Shown here piece by piece: positions 25,311 to 36,153 of a stretch of 64,000 nucleotides of DNA. The translations under genes were made by a program, and so were the position numbers. A model generated the notes under the pieces. That model worked only from the letters and a program-made list of their open reading frames with translations. It did no database searches and was not told where the DNA came from. The stretch is from Setoptus koraiensis (lineage: Eukaryota > Animalia > Arthropoda). Position 1 is the stretch's first letter. Every line of letters starts with the position of its first letter. The stretch is taken from contig CM106585.1 in the NCBI GenBank assembly GCA_048013815.1, forward strand, positions 2,232,001-2,296,000, in the 5' to 3' direction.

Positions 25311-27071
25311 ACTGTTTGTATTTTTGTTGCCTTGTCGTGCATTTTGCACACCCACACCCAAACTCAGACCACCAGTAACGGCACTTCTATAGGCAGCGTA
25401 GATTATCCTACTCTCACTACTGCTACTAACAACATTTGCAAAACCCTCTGGGCCCCCATTGGCCAATAGGTCTCCATGGTGGCGCTTGTGCTTATGCTTA
25501 TTTGTGTCACTGCTATCACTGTAATTGTGACTGTCATTGTCGTCACTGTCAGTGGTCATGTTGTTGTTGTTGTTGTTGTTGTTGCCATTGTACGTGTCAT
25601 CGTCGTCGTCATCGTTGTCCTCGTAGCTGTCGTCGCTAGTGTCATCTTCTTCTGGCGTGTACTCGCTGTCTAGCCAACGCACGATTCTGTCGCTACTGCC
25701 CGCTATTTGGGCCGCCTCAGTGGCAAATTCCGACGCTGTTGTTGTTGTTGCTGCCGCTGATGTTGTTATAGTCGATGTTGTTGTTGTTGCCGCTGTTGTT
25801 GTTGTTGTCGCTGCTGCTGTTGTTGTTGTTGTTGTTGTGGTTTTCAATGCTGGTGCTGGTGCTGCTGTAAGCGATGCTGTTGTGCTAGATGTTGGTGTCG
25901 CAGTTGTTATTTCCATGATCGAGTGCTGCTGTTCACGTTGTTTTGTTCGCGCGTCACCATCATTTCCGGAAGTCAAAAGAATCTGCTGCGGCTGGTGTGC
26001 CGATGACCACTGAAACAATTCATTGTATGGTGCTGACATATGAGACACACTATCATACACAGATCTCTCTCGTCTACTGCTTGTTATATTTGCCGGTCTG
26101 GCCATTGTGACCGCCGCCGCCGCCGACGTAACAAGACCGTCATCACTGACCAGTGCAGCTGAACGGTGGGCGGCCATAGTCGAGCTAATGTTGTTGTCAT
26201 TGTAAATGGATGGATTAATTGTTGGCTGTTGATAGCGATGTTGTGGTTGCTGCTGCTGTTGTTGTTGCATTATGTTTGCAAAGTTTGCACAATGTAACAC
26301 AATCAAGGCCAATTTCAACATTAAATCAATCATATGAGATATAACAAGTGACTTTTGGCGCTGGCCGTGCGAATATTTTTGATACGAGCGTTCGAGTTTT
26401 TCATCTTGAAAACTATTGAATATCATGGGCAATATCAGCACAAGACCGCGATAATTTATGCACCGCGAATCCGTTGACGCAATGTATTGGGTGTCCTCCT
26501 CTTGGCCGGCGGTCTCGTCTTGCTCCTCTTCATCCTCTTCGTCTTCTTCATCATCGTCGTCGTCATCATCGTCATCCTCTTCTTTGGCTCTATTCTCTTC
26601 TTCATATTCATCGTCCTCTTCCTCGCGGCTTAAATCTCTGCTGAGCCCACCATGGCCTGGCTCATCTTCAGCAAGTGCACGCCAATTATCGCTTGTTGTT
26701 GGTGGCGTGATAACGATTGAATTGTCATCACAACTTGTAACTCTTTTGGCCACTTCTTCGCTCCCTTCATTGCCTACCTGTCCCAATAAACATTTCTCCT
26801 TGCCATTTCCACTTACATTGCCCACTAATGCAATGTCCACGTTATTTCTTAAGGCCACTTGACAAGTTTCTGGCGCTGTTTTTGTTGCGTCATCATTTGC
26901 TGGCGCCGGTATCGCTGTTGTTGTTGCTGTTGCTGTTGTTGTTGTTGTCGGGGATGTTGGTGTTGTCGTTGTTGCGTTTGTTGTTTGCTGCATTCTTCGT
27001 TTGGCATTAGTTATATTGTTATTGTCGCCGTGATTGTTGTTGTTGTTGTTGTTGCTGCTGTTACAATCCAT
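1..27071 (-). CDS. ADCY8: Transmembrane adenylyl cyclase, ADCY8/Ac78C-like; 16 coding exons, 3' end beyond window
   Basis: N-terminal motif [37 protein letters not shown] resembles ADCY8. C1a: [48 protein letters not shown]2a: [46 protein letters not shown]. Exons (minus): 27071-23982, 23803-23609, 23409-23260, 21628-21492, 10728-10617, 10049-9998, 9694-9619, 8456-8377, 6375-5210, 4913-2613, 2536-2408, 2265-1886, 1754-1673, 1572-1414, 1297-1157, 1058-1. All 15 introns are GT-AG with matching phases. Subtype assigned from recalled motifs, not a search. Confidence 0.95.
1157..1297 (-). CDS. ADCY8: Adenylyl cyclase exon 15 (C2a start)
   Basis: attcag|[47 protein letters not shown]|gtaagt; 141 nt. 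Confidence 0.95.
1414..1572 (-). CDS. ADCY8: Adenylyl cyclase exon 14
   Basis: tggtag|[53 protein letters not shown]|gttagt; 159 nt. Confidence 0.92.
1673..1754 (-). CDS. ADCY8: Adenylyl cyclase exon 13 (TM12)
   Basis: ttgcag|A+[27 protein letters not shown]|gtgagt; phase 2/0. Confidence 0.88.
1886..2265 (-). CDS. ADCY8: Adenylyl cyclase exon 12 (TM10-11)
   Basis: aaacag|[28 protein letters not shown]...SPLKI+AG|gtaaga; phase 0/2. Confidence 0.88.
2408..2536 (-). CDS. ADCY8: Adenylyl cyclase exon 11
   Basis: ctctag|[11 protein letters not shown]...DQQCFHPQ|gtaata; 129 nt, in frame with neighbours. Confidence 0.8.
2613..4913 (-). CDS. ADCY8: Adenylyl cyclase exon 10 (C1b, TM7-9)
   Basis: gtgcag|LHENNQ...[19 protein letters not shown]...[15 protein letters not shown]...TFINQ|gtaagt; 2301 nt, phase 0/0. 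Confidence 0.85.
5210..6375 (-). CDS. ADCY8: Adenylyl cyclase exon 9 (C1a end, expanded C1b)
   Basis: taacag|GC+[23 protein letters not shown]...[10 protein letters not shown]|gtaagt; phase 1/0. Confidence 0.88.
7651..7742. repeat. (AAC)n microsatellite, AC intron 8
   Basis: Near-perfect AAC run read directly. Confidence 0.95.
8377..8456 (-). CDS. ADCY8: Adenylyl cyclase exon 8
   Basis: ataaag|A+[26 protein letters not shown]+G|gtaagt; phase 2/1. Confidence 0.93.
9619..9694 (-). CDS. ADCY8: Adenylyl cyclase exon 7
   Basis: taacag|CG+[24 protein letters not shown]+AA|gtaagt; phase 1/2. Confidence 0.93.
9998..10049 (-). CDS. ADCY8: Adenylyl cyclase exon 6
   Basis: gcttag|[17 protein letters not shown]+G|gtaagt; 52 nt, phase 0/1. 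Confidence 0.93.
10617..10728 (-). CDS. ADCY8: Adenylyl cyclase exon 5 (C1a start)
   Basis: taacag|C+[37 protein letters not shown]|gtaaat; phase 2/0. Confidence 0.95.
15579..15670. repeat. (TTG/CTG)n compound microsatellite, AC intron 4
   Basis: gttgttgct-type run read directly. Confidence 0.9.
15981..16076. repeat. (CAA)n perfect microsatellite, about 32 units
   Basis: Read directly. A second CAA/CAG-rich run lies at about 16200-16272. Confidence 0.95.
19681..19800. repeat. 10-bp minisatellite (AAATRGTTTC)n with polar decay
   Basis: aaatagtttc x2, aaatggtttc, aaatagtttc, aaatggtttc, then progressively diverged units. Confidence 0.9.
21492..21628 (-). CDS. ADCY8: Adenylyl cyclase exon 4
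   Basis: atttag|[20 protein letters not shown]...[12 protein letters not shown]+AG|gtgagc; phase 0/2. Not shown in this frame in the ORF track. Confidence 0.92.
22989..23064. repeat. 19-bp tandem repeat x4 (TTTTTCATACTGRTGCTGC), AC intron 3
   Basis: CATACT recurs at 22994, 23013, 23032 and 23051. Confidence 0.92.
23260..23409 (-). CDS. ADCY8: Adenylyl cyclase exon 3 (TM6 and coiled coil)
   Basis: ttgtag|[50 protein letters not shown]|gtaagc; 150 nt. Confidence 0.92.
23609..23803 (-). CDS. ADCY8: Adenylyl cyclase exon 2 (TM4-5)
   Basis: ccatag|[32 protein letters not shown]...SIRE|gtaatt; 195 nt, phase 0/0. Confidence 0.85.
23982..27071 (-). CDS. ADCY8: Adenylyl cyclase exon 1 (N-terminus, TM1, large insertion, TM2-3)
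   Basis: First ATG at 27071 (MDCN; the ORF track starts at TTG 27101). Ends ATG|GTAAGT at 23982/23981, phase 0. Confidence 0.85.
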
Positions 27072-30000
27072 CTTTTCACCTTGAATATGGCGCCATAACA
27101 ATTGTGGCGCCCTGATGATGTATTGATGATGTGCGATAGGTTCGAGCCGAACCGCTTCGAACAGTTCGTTCAGTTTGCTTGCCGGCGCATATCAATTTGG
27201 TGTTCGCTAGGCTCATTCGAACTGCACACCCTGCACTTCTCGTAGCTTCGAACCCGTTTTGTATAGCCGAACTGGGCGCACCAATTAATCGCACTTATGC
27301 GCCACTGATCACAATGATTGTAACGAACAAATAATCGGCAAATAAGCGATGATGCAAACTTCAAGTTATGTTGACTGGGCCAGCTTTGGTGAGCTTCTGG
27401 TGTCGGTGATAAAGATAAATAATATCGGACATAACGCTGTCACAATGAGACAAGAGAAAAGACAAAAATTAGACTCATTGCACCAATTGGATGTTGAACG
27501 AATTATAGCTATTTATGTTAATTAATTTTCAGCAGTAAATTAATTGATGCAAAGCTTCGAAATATATAACAATATATACGAAAAAATAGCGCCAACGCAA
27601 TCAAAAGGTCAGAGGATGGAATAAACAAGGGAAACAAATGAACAAATGAATGAACAAAGTCAGTTTCCGGTGGGCCGAGATTGTTCGAAAAAGAACCAAT
27701 CTGGCACATGTATCAACAACGAAGTCATTAGTCACTAATGATTAGTGGATAAAAGTGAGCTTGATTTCTGTTTTTTTGGCGTGTCTATTGAGAGAGTCGC
27801 GTCTTGTTGGGCGTTCGCAAACAATTGACAGCCACAATGAATGCATGCGTCAGTTGGCACATTGACAGATAAATTAACGAAATAGTGAGCAATAAGTGAT
27901 TCGATGATTTTTGAGAAACAATTTCAACAAACACAGCATGTCATGCATGCCAATAGTCTATAATTGTTCCAATCTCGGCAGGCCTCGTTCGAACCAATCC
28001 GTGCAACTCACCGTGCTGTGTAATCTAATGTGTAGTCTAACGTCAAGCTGCCAATGCAACTGAAACTATTCAACTTGGGTTGGCAAGGTTAGCCAGGTTT
28101 AAATGTCTTGCTAGAGCTGCTGACGTGATGGCCAGCAAGAGACGAGATGGAATAGACGAGGGGCCACGCATGATATTACATAATAACCTTCATTGGGGGG
28201 GGGGGATCTTTTCGTGAAGTATTCAATCTGTTTCGTTTGAATTGGTCGCTTGTAAGCCAAACAGCAAACACCGCTCGATCTAGGAGTTGTCTCTTGGAGT
28301 TGAGAGCTCGCCAGCACGAGCTTGCCCGCAGTTTCGGCAGCGGCGGCAGCAGCGGCAACAAATCACAGATTGTGTGATTCACATGGGACTTGGCGAAACT
28401 TTGTGTCCGTCAACACAAAGTTTGGGCACGTCCTAACCCAACCTAAAGTAACAACAATCTGTGACGGTGCAACTTTGTGGGGCCCGCGATGCAAGCGGCC
28501 AGAGAGTTAGCAAAGCGAGGGGCTTGGCTAAAGCGGGCATTTAGTGAAAGTTGTTTTGTGTGCGTGGTCTCAATTTGGGGCCTCGCGCAAGACGTATATT
28601 CACATTTCATTAGATTGGTACCCCGATGAGTGGGCAACATATTGGTGACAACAATCACATACATTCACAGTTTGAGTTTGGCCTAGACGAGCAAGAATTA
28701 AATGGGCTTTGTAGGGGCCAGCAGCAAATAGCGGCAACAACATAACGGGCCAGTGATCACCAGACTGCAATCTCTCACTGCTTGGCTGGCTGCTCGTCTC
28801 GATGCTTGCCTATCGCTGGATATTGCAAGAGCTGGCTATTCCGAAGGCTCGCTGGCTGGTTCGAGGGCTGGCTGGCTGGTTCGAGGGCTGGCTGGCGGTG
28901 GCAGATATGGCGCCGCCGCTGAACAAACAACGCAATGTATTGGCAACATGGAGACAAGGTTCGCATCGCTCTTATGCCTGATTAATCAGGATAAAGGATA
29001 AGGACGCTGATGCAAAACGATGCAGCGACGACAAACAAAATGTTGGCATATCGACAAAAAAGCTTGCTTGTCTGTTTGCATTGCTGGCTACAGCTTGCCG
29101 GCGAGCTCGCCCAGAACCAATGCAAATGAGAATCAATTTATATCACTATTTATATCCCGTCATTTATTTATTTTCTTTTATTTTCCCTTTTCTCGCTTGC
29201 AACTGTCGCTCCCTCGCAACTCGCGACTGTCGCTCCCCTGCAAGTCGCAAGTCGCAACTCGCAACTTTCGCTCCCCTGCAAGTTGCAAGTTGCAACTCTC
29301 CCTCCATTGGCACACTCCTTTGCACACAAGAGCAAGCTAGAGGCCCTCTGCCGCTCATAATCCGGCAGCAACTCAACTCTCGAATGTGTCCACACCAACA
29401 GCTGACACTAACGTATTAGCTGGCCCCACAACAATCATCCTGGTGGTGCCTTTTTCAACTAACAAGGTGCCCGAATGTTTGCTCAATGTATCATCACAAT
29501 GTGTATTTATCCGCCAGTTATCCGCTGTGGGACCCGCATTCATTGTTGCGCTGTTTGCAGAGCAGTGTGTCATTAGTGCAGCCATTACACACGAGCATTG
29601 GAGAGATCGAAAATTACTTTTTCTCACACCATCCAATGAATCTCAGTTGTCACAGCAGTTAGTCACTGCTCACGCCGACTGTCACTCTGTTGGGCCTCTG
29701 ATGCCACTTCCGGTTACAACAAACCCACTTACAGTGCGCGATCGACATTTGTTCCTTGTTACCATTACAACCAATTGTAGCAGACAAAACCTTTTTATCA
29801 CAGAACATAATCATATAAACACACATCATGTGTTACATAATACAGCTGACAGTTGCTATTATTTAACATTGTGTGTGCTGATTTATTTATTTACATGCCC
29901 CATCGCAGACATTGATGATTTGGCTAGATCCGATTCTCTTGTCTGTGACCTTTGCTGCATCCACGCATCCGGTTGAGATTTACTACTGACGAGAGAGAGT

Positions 30001-31482
30001 GTTATATTTAACAGTGTTACATCAGCATATATATCATTCATAGATGTGAATCTCACTGTGTCACTGTTTAATATTGCATGCTGCTGAAACATGAAATGAT
30101 TGAATGTTCGTTTCGCTTACGCTCTATTTATTAATAAGTTGCGCCCGGTTTTAGCGGGCGCAACTTCTAGACGAGATGCCGAAAAAAAGACACTCAACCT
30201 ACTGGTTGTGCAATAATATTTTCAGCTAAATTATTGGCATGATATATTATTGGCAACATAAGAGACATATGGAAATTGCATGTGTAATGCATTTCATCTG
30301 GCTGTCGTTAACGGTGATGAATGAGACGGGCCCCAGCGTAACATTATTGTATCATAGTTGTGTGGTCGTTCGTTGTCACCTCTGTCCGGCTCATTTGTCA
30401 CAAATGTGTGGATATAAATATCTGCTCATGTTATGCCTTTGTGGTACCAGATTAATTGTATCAGATCGGGTTGGATCGACGTGATGAATGGAGCAATGAG
30501 ATGCTGTCACCCGTTCGGTTCACTTGCTATCATCATCATATCACCATTTCAACATATACACACGGCCGATATGAGCTGGCCCCCAGCCTCACGAACAGGT
30601 CAGTGGGTGCCCTCATCTAGATGAACTCACTTTACACATTTTTGTTGTTATTCTGGCACCACCGTGATCGAGATGTCACATGGAGATATTTGATTGAGTT
30701 GGCGTTCGTCACCTGCGTCCACCTCATAGTGAATAGGAGACGTCACGTTTTGAGCAATTGGTGCCACGTTCATCGATACTAACGGCTATCATGTTCTCGT
30801 CGGTATAATAATAACGAGTCTCGTTATTATCATCACAGTGATATTTTCGCTAAGGATTGGTGAGCAAACAGGAGCAGACCAAATAAGTGGGGCATAATTG
30901 TGGCAGCGCAAGCCTCTCTGGTAACCAGAGTCTAGTTACAGTTTTTCAATGGTTGCGCAAAAATGTTTGAATTATGTGGTCATCGCGTGGCTGTCTCTTT
31001 CGAACGCGTGCCTCGCCACCAGCAACAACAGCAACAGCAACAACAGCAGCAGCAGCAACAACAACAACAACAACCACTGCTAATGATCTACTTGTAGTGC
31101 TAATGGTTATGTAACTGCCTTGGTCGTCACAGGTCGCGCTATTGCACACTGTTAGTTTCTAGTTTGTGCGTCTCGCCACTTGGAGCAGCATCATGAAAGC
31201 GAAAGTGAAAGTGGGCACACCAAATGATGCAACAGAAAGTCATAAGAGGCCCCTCTCTATATTGAGAGCCAGTGAATGTGTGTGTGAGTGAGAGCAAAAA
31301 AGAAAAGCAAAACCACACAATCTTTTGGCTTGTTGTGTTATACAAGGACGCCAAAATAAGCGTATGATGTAACTAGATAAAGTGTCTAGATATGCACCTA
31401 TCTCTACGCACACAGTGTGGTGCGTGTTTGAGAGGCTGCACGCGGTGCACGCGTTGCACGAGCACCATCAGCGGCCTCTTTA

Positions 31483-31568
31483 GGTAATATATAAGGTAAT
31501 ATGTGGCGTAATATGTGAGCTAGTATGTGAGCTAGTATGTGAGGTAATATATGGTGTAATATATGAGG
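31483..31568. repeat. 12-bp degenerate tandem repeat (GTAATATRTGAG-like), about 7 units
   Basis: Read directly; produces the artefactual HILP/HILA ORF. Confidence 0.85.
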
Positions 31569-32119
31569 GGCAGAACAATCGATATCAGTGGCGGCCAGTG
31601 AGTGTCTAATGATAATGATGCTCACCTATGCATAATATAATCACCCCATGTGTGTTTATTGTTGCTGGCGCGAGCTAGTGAGACTGATGACAAATTGATA
31701 GAGAATTGAGTGAAAAAAGAAGAGCCCGTTATTAGTGAGCGACACAATGGTCTGAGCAGCGTCTACCCAAAGTCACACTACACTACCGTATATCACAGAA
31801 TTTATATTATCCAACAACAACAACAGCAACAACAGCAGCAACTATCTCATGTAACTATATCATGATGGCGGGCTTCTCAAGTGGAGAATTTGACACTAGC
31901 TCGCACTGGCTAGCAGTCAGGTATTTTGTGCAACTGGATAACTGGAGAACTGCACAATTGCAGAGTGTGCCAGCCCTTATAAATAACGTTTGTTGTTGCG
32001 CCAACAACAATGATGACGCAAGCCAGCCGTTCCCAATTTGGGCTGCTCTCTTGAACAAATTCAACTAAGCTCCACAACAACAACAGCAACAACAGTGGCA
32101 GCAACAGCAGCAACAACAG

Positions 32120-32151
<32 letters not shown>

Positions 32152-32840
32152 ACAGGCCATTGAAGCCGTTACAGGCCAATGCTAATGACACCTATACACT
32201 CGTCTATACAGAGAGAGAGAGAGAGATTGAAGTTAATTCAGTCAGTCTCTGGCAAACTGTCTGCTGCTCACAAATTCAAGCTCGCCTCTGTGTGAGTCAG
32301 CGTCGAGCCAAAAGCGATCCACTGGCGATAATAATAATAATGATAATAATAATAATATCATCATGTTGCCGATCAGATATTATTGCGTCGCTCTTGCCAC
32401 GGGCGAATCAGGGGCCCGTTTGCTGGCGAGGGGGCCCGTTTGCTGGCGAGGGGGCTTTATTTTCAAGGGCGCCAGGCTAGACTTGGCCCAGCCGCGTCTA
32501 GATGTGTGTGTGTGTGTGTGTCTAGATATATAATTGCGTACACCTCGGCGCAGCAGATATACTCTGGTAACGTAGCGATCGCACTGCCTTGCAAGCATTA
32601 GAGTGTACAATTGATGGGATAGCCGTTTTGACGGATTGAGATGGATATTAGACGGCGGGCAAAAGTATGTTATTATATATAGATAGTGTGTGTGTGTGTG
32701 TTGCCACTTGGGTCCACTAACCAGCGAGCGAGCGAGCGAGCCAGCCAGCCAGCAAGCGGCCCATCATAAGTCATGCTGTGCAAACTGTTTCTAACTGTTT
32801 CTGTCCGTCTACAAGTAGGCGCCACATTTCCAAATATATA

Positions 32841-32930
32841 TCTATCTCGATATAATTCGACGCATCTCGATACGTCGAGATATATTTCGATGTATCTCGA
32901 TATAACGAGATATATCGAGATCTATCTCGC
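32841..32930. repeat. 10-bp-period array of TATATCTCGA-like units in mixed orientation
   Basis: Nine consecutive decamers ending in TCGA, CGAGA or TCGC. Confidence 0.8.
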
Positions 32931-35300
32931 GATGTGTATATATCTCACAGCTCGACAGCGGGCCGGTGTGAAGGGGGCTCCGCTTGAGCCCGGAATTATC
33001 CGCCACAAGCCATGCTCACAATGGCCCGCCAATGCAACTGACAACTTATACTCAGCTCCACCGTGCACCATAAGTATAGCATGAGCTGCCAGATAAGCGA
33101 CCGTAATATGCACGCGTTGAGCACACTATACAATTACGCAATAATTTATTGAACCGACAGTTGACGCTCTAGTGGCGACGGCAAGCCACGTTAGAGATGC
33201 AAACCAGATATCACAAATGCACCACGCATACAACATAAACCAATATAAACATAAACATAACATAAATATAAACATAAATATAAATATCAAGACAACGCTT
33301 GATCTCTCGCCAGTGTCCAGTGGCCAGTGGCCGTGACTCGTCGGCCGGACATGGATCGCTGGTCAAGCTGTCACAATTGTTTTGAGCCCGTTTGTTTGTT
33401 GGCTTGATCGTTGTTCATTTGTTGTTTCACGCACTGTCAGCAGCCATGTTACGTCATTGTATTTGTGCGCGCTGTCATTGTGTGTTGTGATTGTTATTGG
33501 TTATCGGTTATTGGTTATCAGTTGTCGCTGGTTATATGTTGCTGCTGGTCTAAACGTCACCGTCTACCCATGGTACCGCACCAATGCTACAAATACCTGT
33601 GCTATTCACGAGGCGCGTGCTCGCCCAAACGAAAAATAGACAATACAATTGCTATATATATATATAAATTGACAATTGCTGGCCGACTGTCATGCAACTA
33701 TATCTGTATATCCTATTTATCTGCTTGAATCCATTGTGCAAGTCGCAATGACACAATATGAGATCAGATATCGCACACAGACGTACAATACACGTACTTA
33801 GGTGCAATGCACGTGCAATACTGTGCAGCAATATCCCAATCAATTGCTGGCCATGACAAGCTACATAATAACTATATTATAACTATAATAACAACTGTAT
33901 TGGTGGCCACTATGCGACCAGATATGGATAGCTGGACAGATGGACAGATAAAGGGATAAATGGATAAATAGATGGATAGATAAATAGATGAAATGGAGTC
34001 TTGTAAAGTGACTATTTGCCAACAATTGCTGCAAAGTTACAGTTATGCCTAGTTATAGTTGCAGCGGACAGTCACACAAGGTCGCTCTGGACAGACAGTG
34101 CCAATTTGAATAATTCGCAGCCGTGGAAATACCCCGCGGGCACTTGTAGTGGCGCCATACTACACTGAATAGACACATTACGCAGTTTATCGTAGAGGTA
34201 CTGGCACCAAACACCCAAATACCGTCACAAGTTGCGCGCAAGTCACAAGTCACACAATAACGTTATTTGCACGTTACAATACACGTTACAAGTAGACGAG
34301 AGGTTGCGTAACAATGCCGGTTTGCTTCGGCGAGATAGCTGGTGGCATTTGGTGGTGCGTTGCGAGTTGCGAGTTGCGAGTTACGAGTTGCAACTCAATT
34401 CAATTGTCACGCCCCTGCCAGTTGCGCCCAGTCAGTGGCGCCGGTCAGTGGCGCCGGTCAGTTGTAACTGGCCGCTGCAACTGGCATCTGTCCGCGGCTT
34501 GCAGCCGCTTATTTTGGGGGGCCCGGTGATGGGCGCTGTGGGCGCAAATGGCGCCTCAATGCAACCAGCCAACAATATATTTTATCTTCTTCATGCGTCA
34601 TTTAGCACCTTCTAGAAGGGCCAGCCAGCGCCATTGTTTTAGGGTTCGTGTGTCGCTCGTTGCACTGTCCGTTCGCTTCCATTCCATTTCGCCTGTTTCC
34701 ATTAGGTGCCCAAAGCTCGGCGCTATTGTTGCCACCATTGCTGTTGCTGTTGTTGCCGCTGTTGCCGCTGTTGCCGCTGTTGCTGCTGTTGCTGCTGTTG
34801 CTGTTGTTGCTGTTGTTGCCGCTGTTGTTGCCGGTGTTGTTGCCGGTGTTGGTGGCGCCGCTGGTGTGAGCGAGCGACACGACAAGTGACAAACAATAAC
34901 ACAACATGGTCCGATTGGCGCCCGGCCAAAAGTCAATCCGCTGTGTGTGGCCGGCCATTTCGGCGTGCTCACTGGCAACTATTGGCCATCGGCACCAGCC
35001 CGGCGCATTAGTAATGTGCACGGCCACCAGTTTTGTGGCGCGAGTTTCATGGTCAAGTGGCACCGTTATCGTGCCACCGTGTCGAGCTTGCCGACACAAA
35101 CATAGAGGCGCTCGCTAACTGTGGTCAACCTTTGGTGGCGCCTTTTGTGTCCCTGACACACGGGCGTTGGTGCGCTCACGGTGCCACGTTGAGTCCAAAA
35201 TGGGAATTTGCCCATTCTGAACTGTCCACCAGGAGCGTACCCGTTGGTGAATCTCAACTAGCGCACACATAGCGTGCCATCACGTCAAGCCTCGCGGATA

Positions 35301-35425
35301 GAGTGGCGAAAGTCGCTAGAGTCGCCAGAGTCGACAGAGTCGCCAGAGTCGCCAGAGTCGCGAAAGTCGCGAAAGTCGCGAAAGTCGCTAGAGTCGCGAA
35401 AGTCGCTAGAGTCGCCAGAGTGGCG
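35301..35425. repeat. 9-bp tandem repeat (AGTCGCYAG / AGTCGCGAA), about 13 units
   Basis: Read directly; produces the artefactual SPE/SRK and VAR/VAK ORFs. Confidence 0.92.
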
Positions 35426-35653
35426 CCACGGACACTCCACTTCAGTTATATACACTGGCCGTGCACAGTGACCGCAACAACAATGGGCAAATCCGAAGCA
35501 ATTTATATCATTTAACGCAACGCTTATTGCCACTAATACGTTATTAGTGGGCAATGAGCACATTATTACCATTGCCATTATCGCAGTCATTATCATGATT
35601 ATTGTTGTGCGATTTCAATTATTTTCACTTACACTGTTGGCCACTCGTGCACC

Positions 35654-36153
35654 NNNNNNNNNNNNNNNNNNNNNNNNNNNNNNNNNNNNNNNNNNNNNNN
35701 NNNNNNNNNNNNNNNNNNNNNNNNNNNNNNNNNNNNNNNNNNNNNNNNNNNNNNNNNNNNNNNNNNNNNNNNNNNNNNNNNNNNNNNNNNNNNNNNNNNN
35801 NNNNNNNNNNNNNNNNNNNNNNNNNNNNNNNNNNNNNNNNNNNNNNNNNNNNNNNNNNNNNNNNNNNNNNNNNNNNNNNNNNNNNNNNNNNNNNNNNNNN
35901 NNNNNNNNNNNNNNNNNNNNNNNNNNNNNNNNNNNNNNNNNNNNNNNNNNNNNNNNNNNNNNNNNNNNNNNNNNNNNNNNNNNNNNNNNNNNNNNNNNNN
36001 NNNNNNNNNNNNNNNNNNNNNNNNNNNNNNNNNNNNNNNNNNNNNNNNNNNNNNNNNNNNNNNNNNNNNNNNNNNNNNNNNNNNNNNNNNNNNNNNNNNN
36101 NNNNNNNNNNNNNNNNNNNNNNNNNNNNNNNNNNNNNNNNNNNNNNNNNNNNN
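35654..36153. other. Assembly gap (500 N)
   Basis: Run of N. The round length suggests a scaffolding placeholder of unknown true size. Confidence 1.

Noticed and set aside
27120-27270. Cluster of TTCGAA/TTCGAG motifs upstream of the cyclase ATG, considered as heat-shock elements
   Set aside because: Spacing does not fit contiguous alternating nGAAn units.
29386-29976. 196-aa plus-strand ORF
   Set aside because: No recognisable motif or splice context; likely chance.
34598-35515. ORFs with N/S/G, poly-C and SPE/VAR repeats
   Set aside because: Products of trinucleotide and 9-bp tandem repeats.
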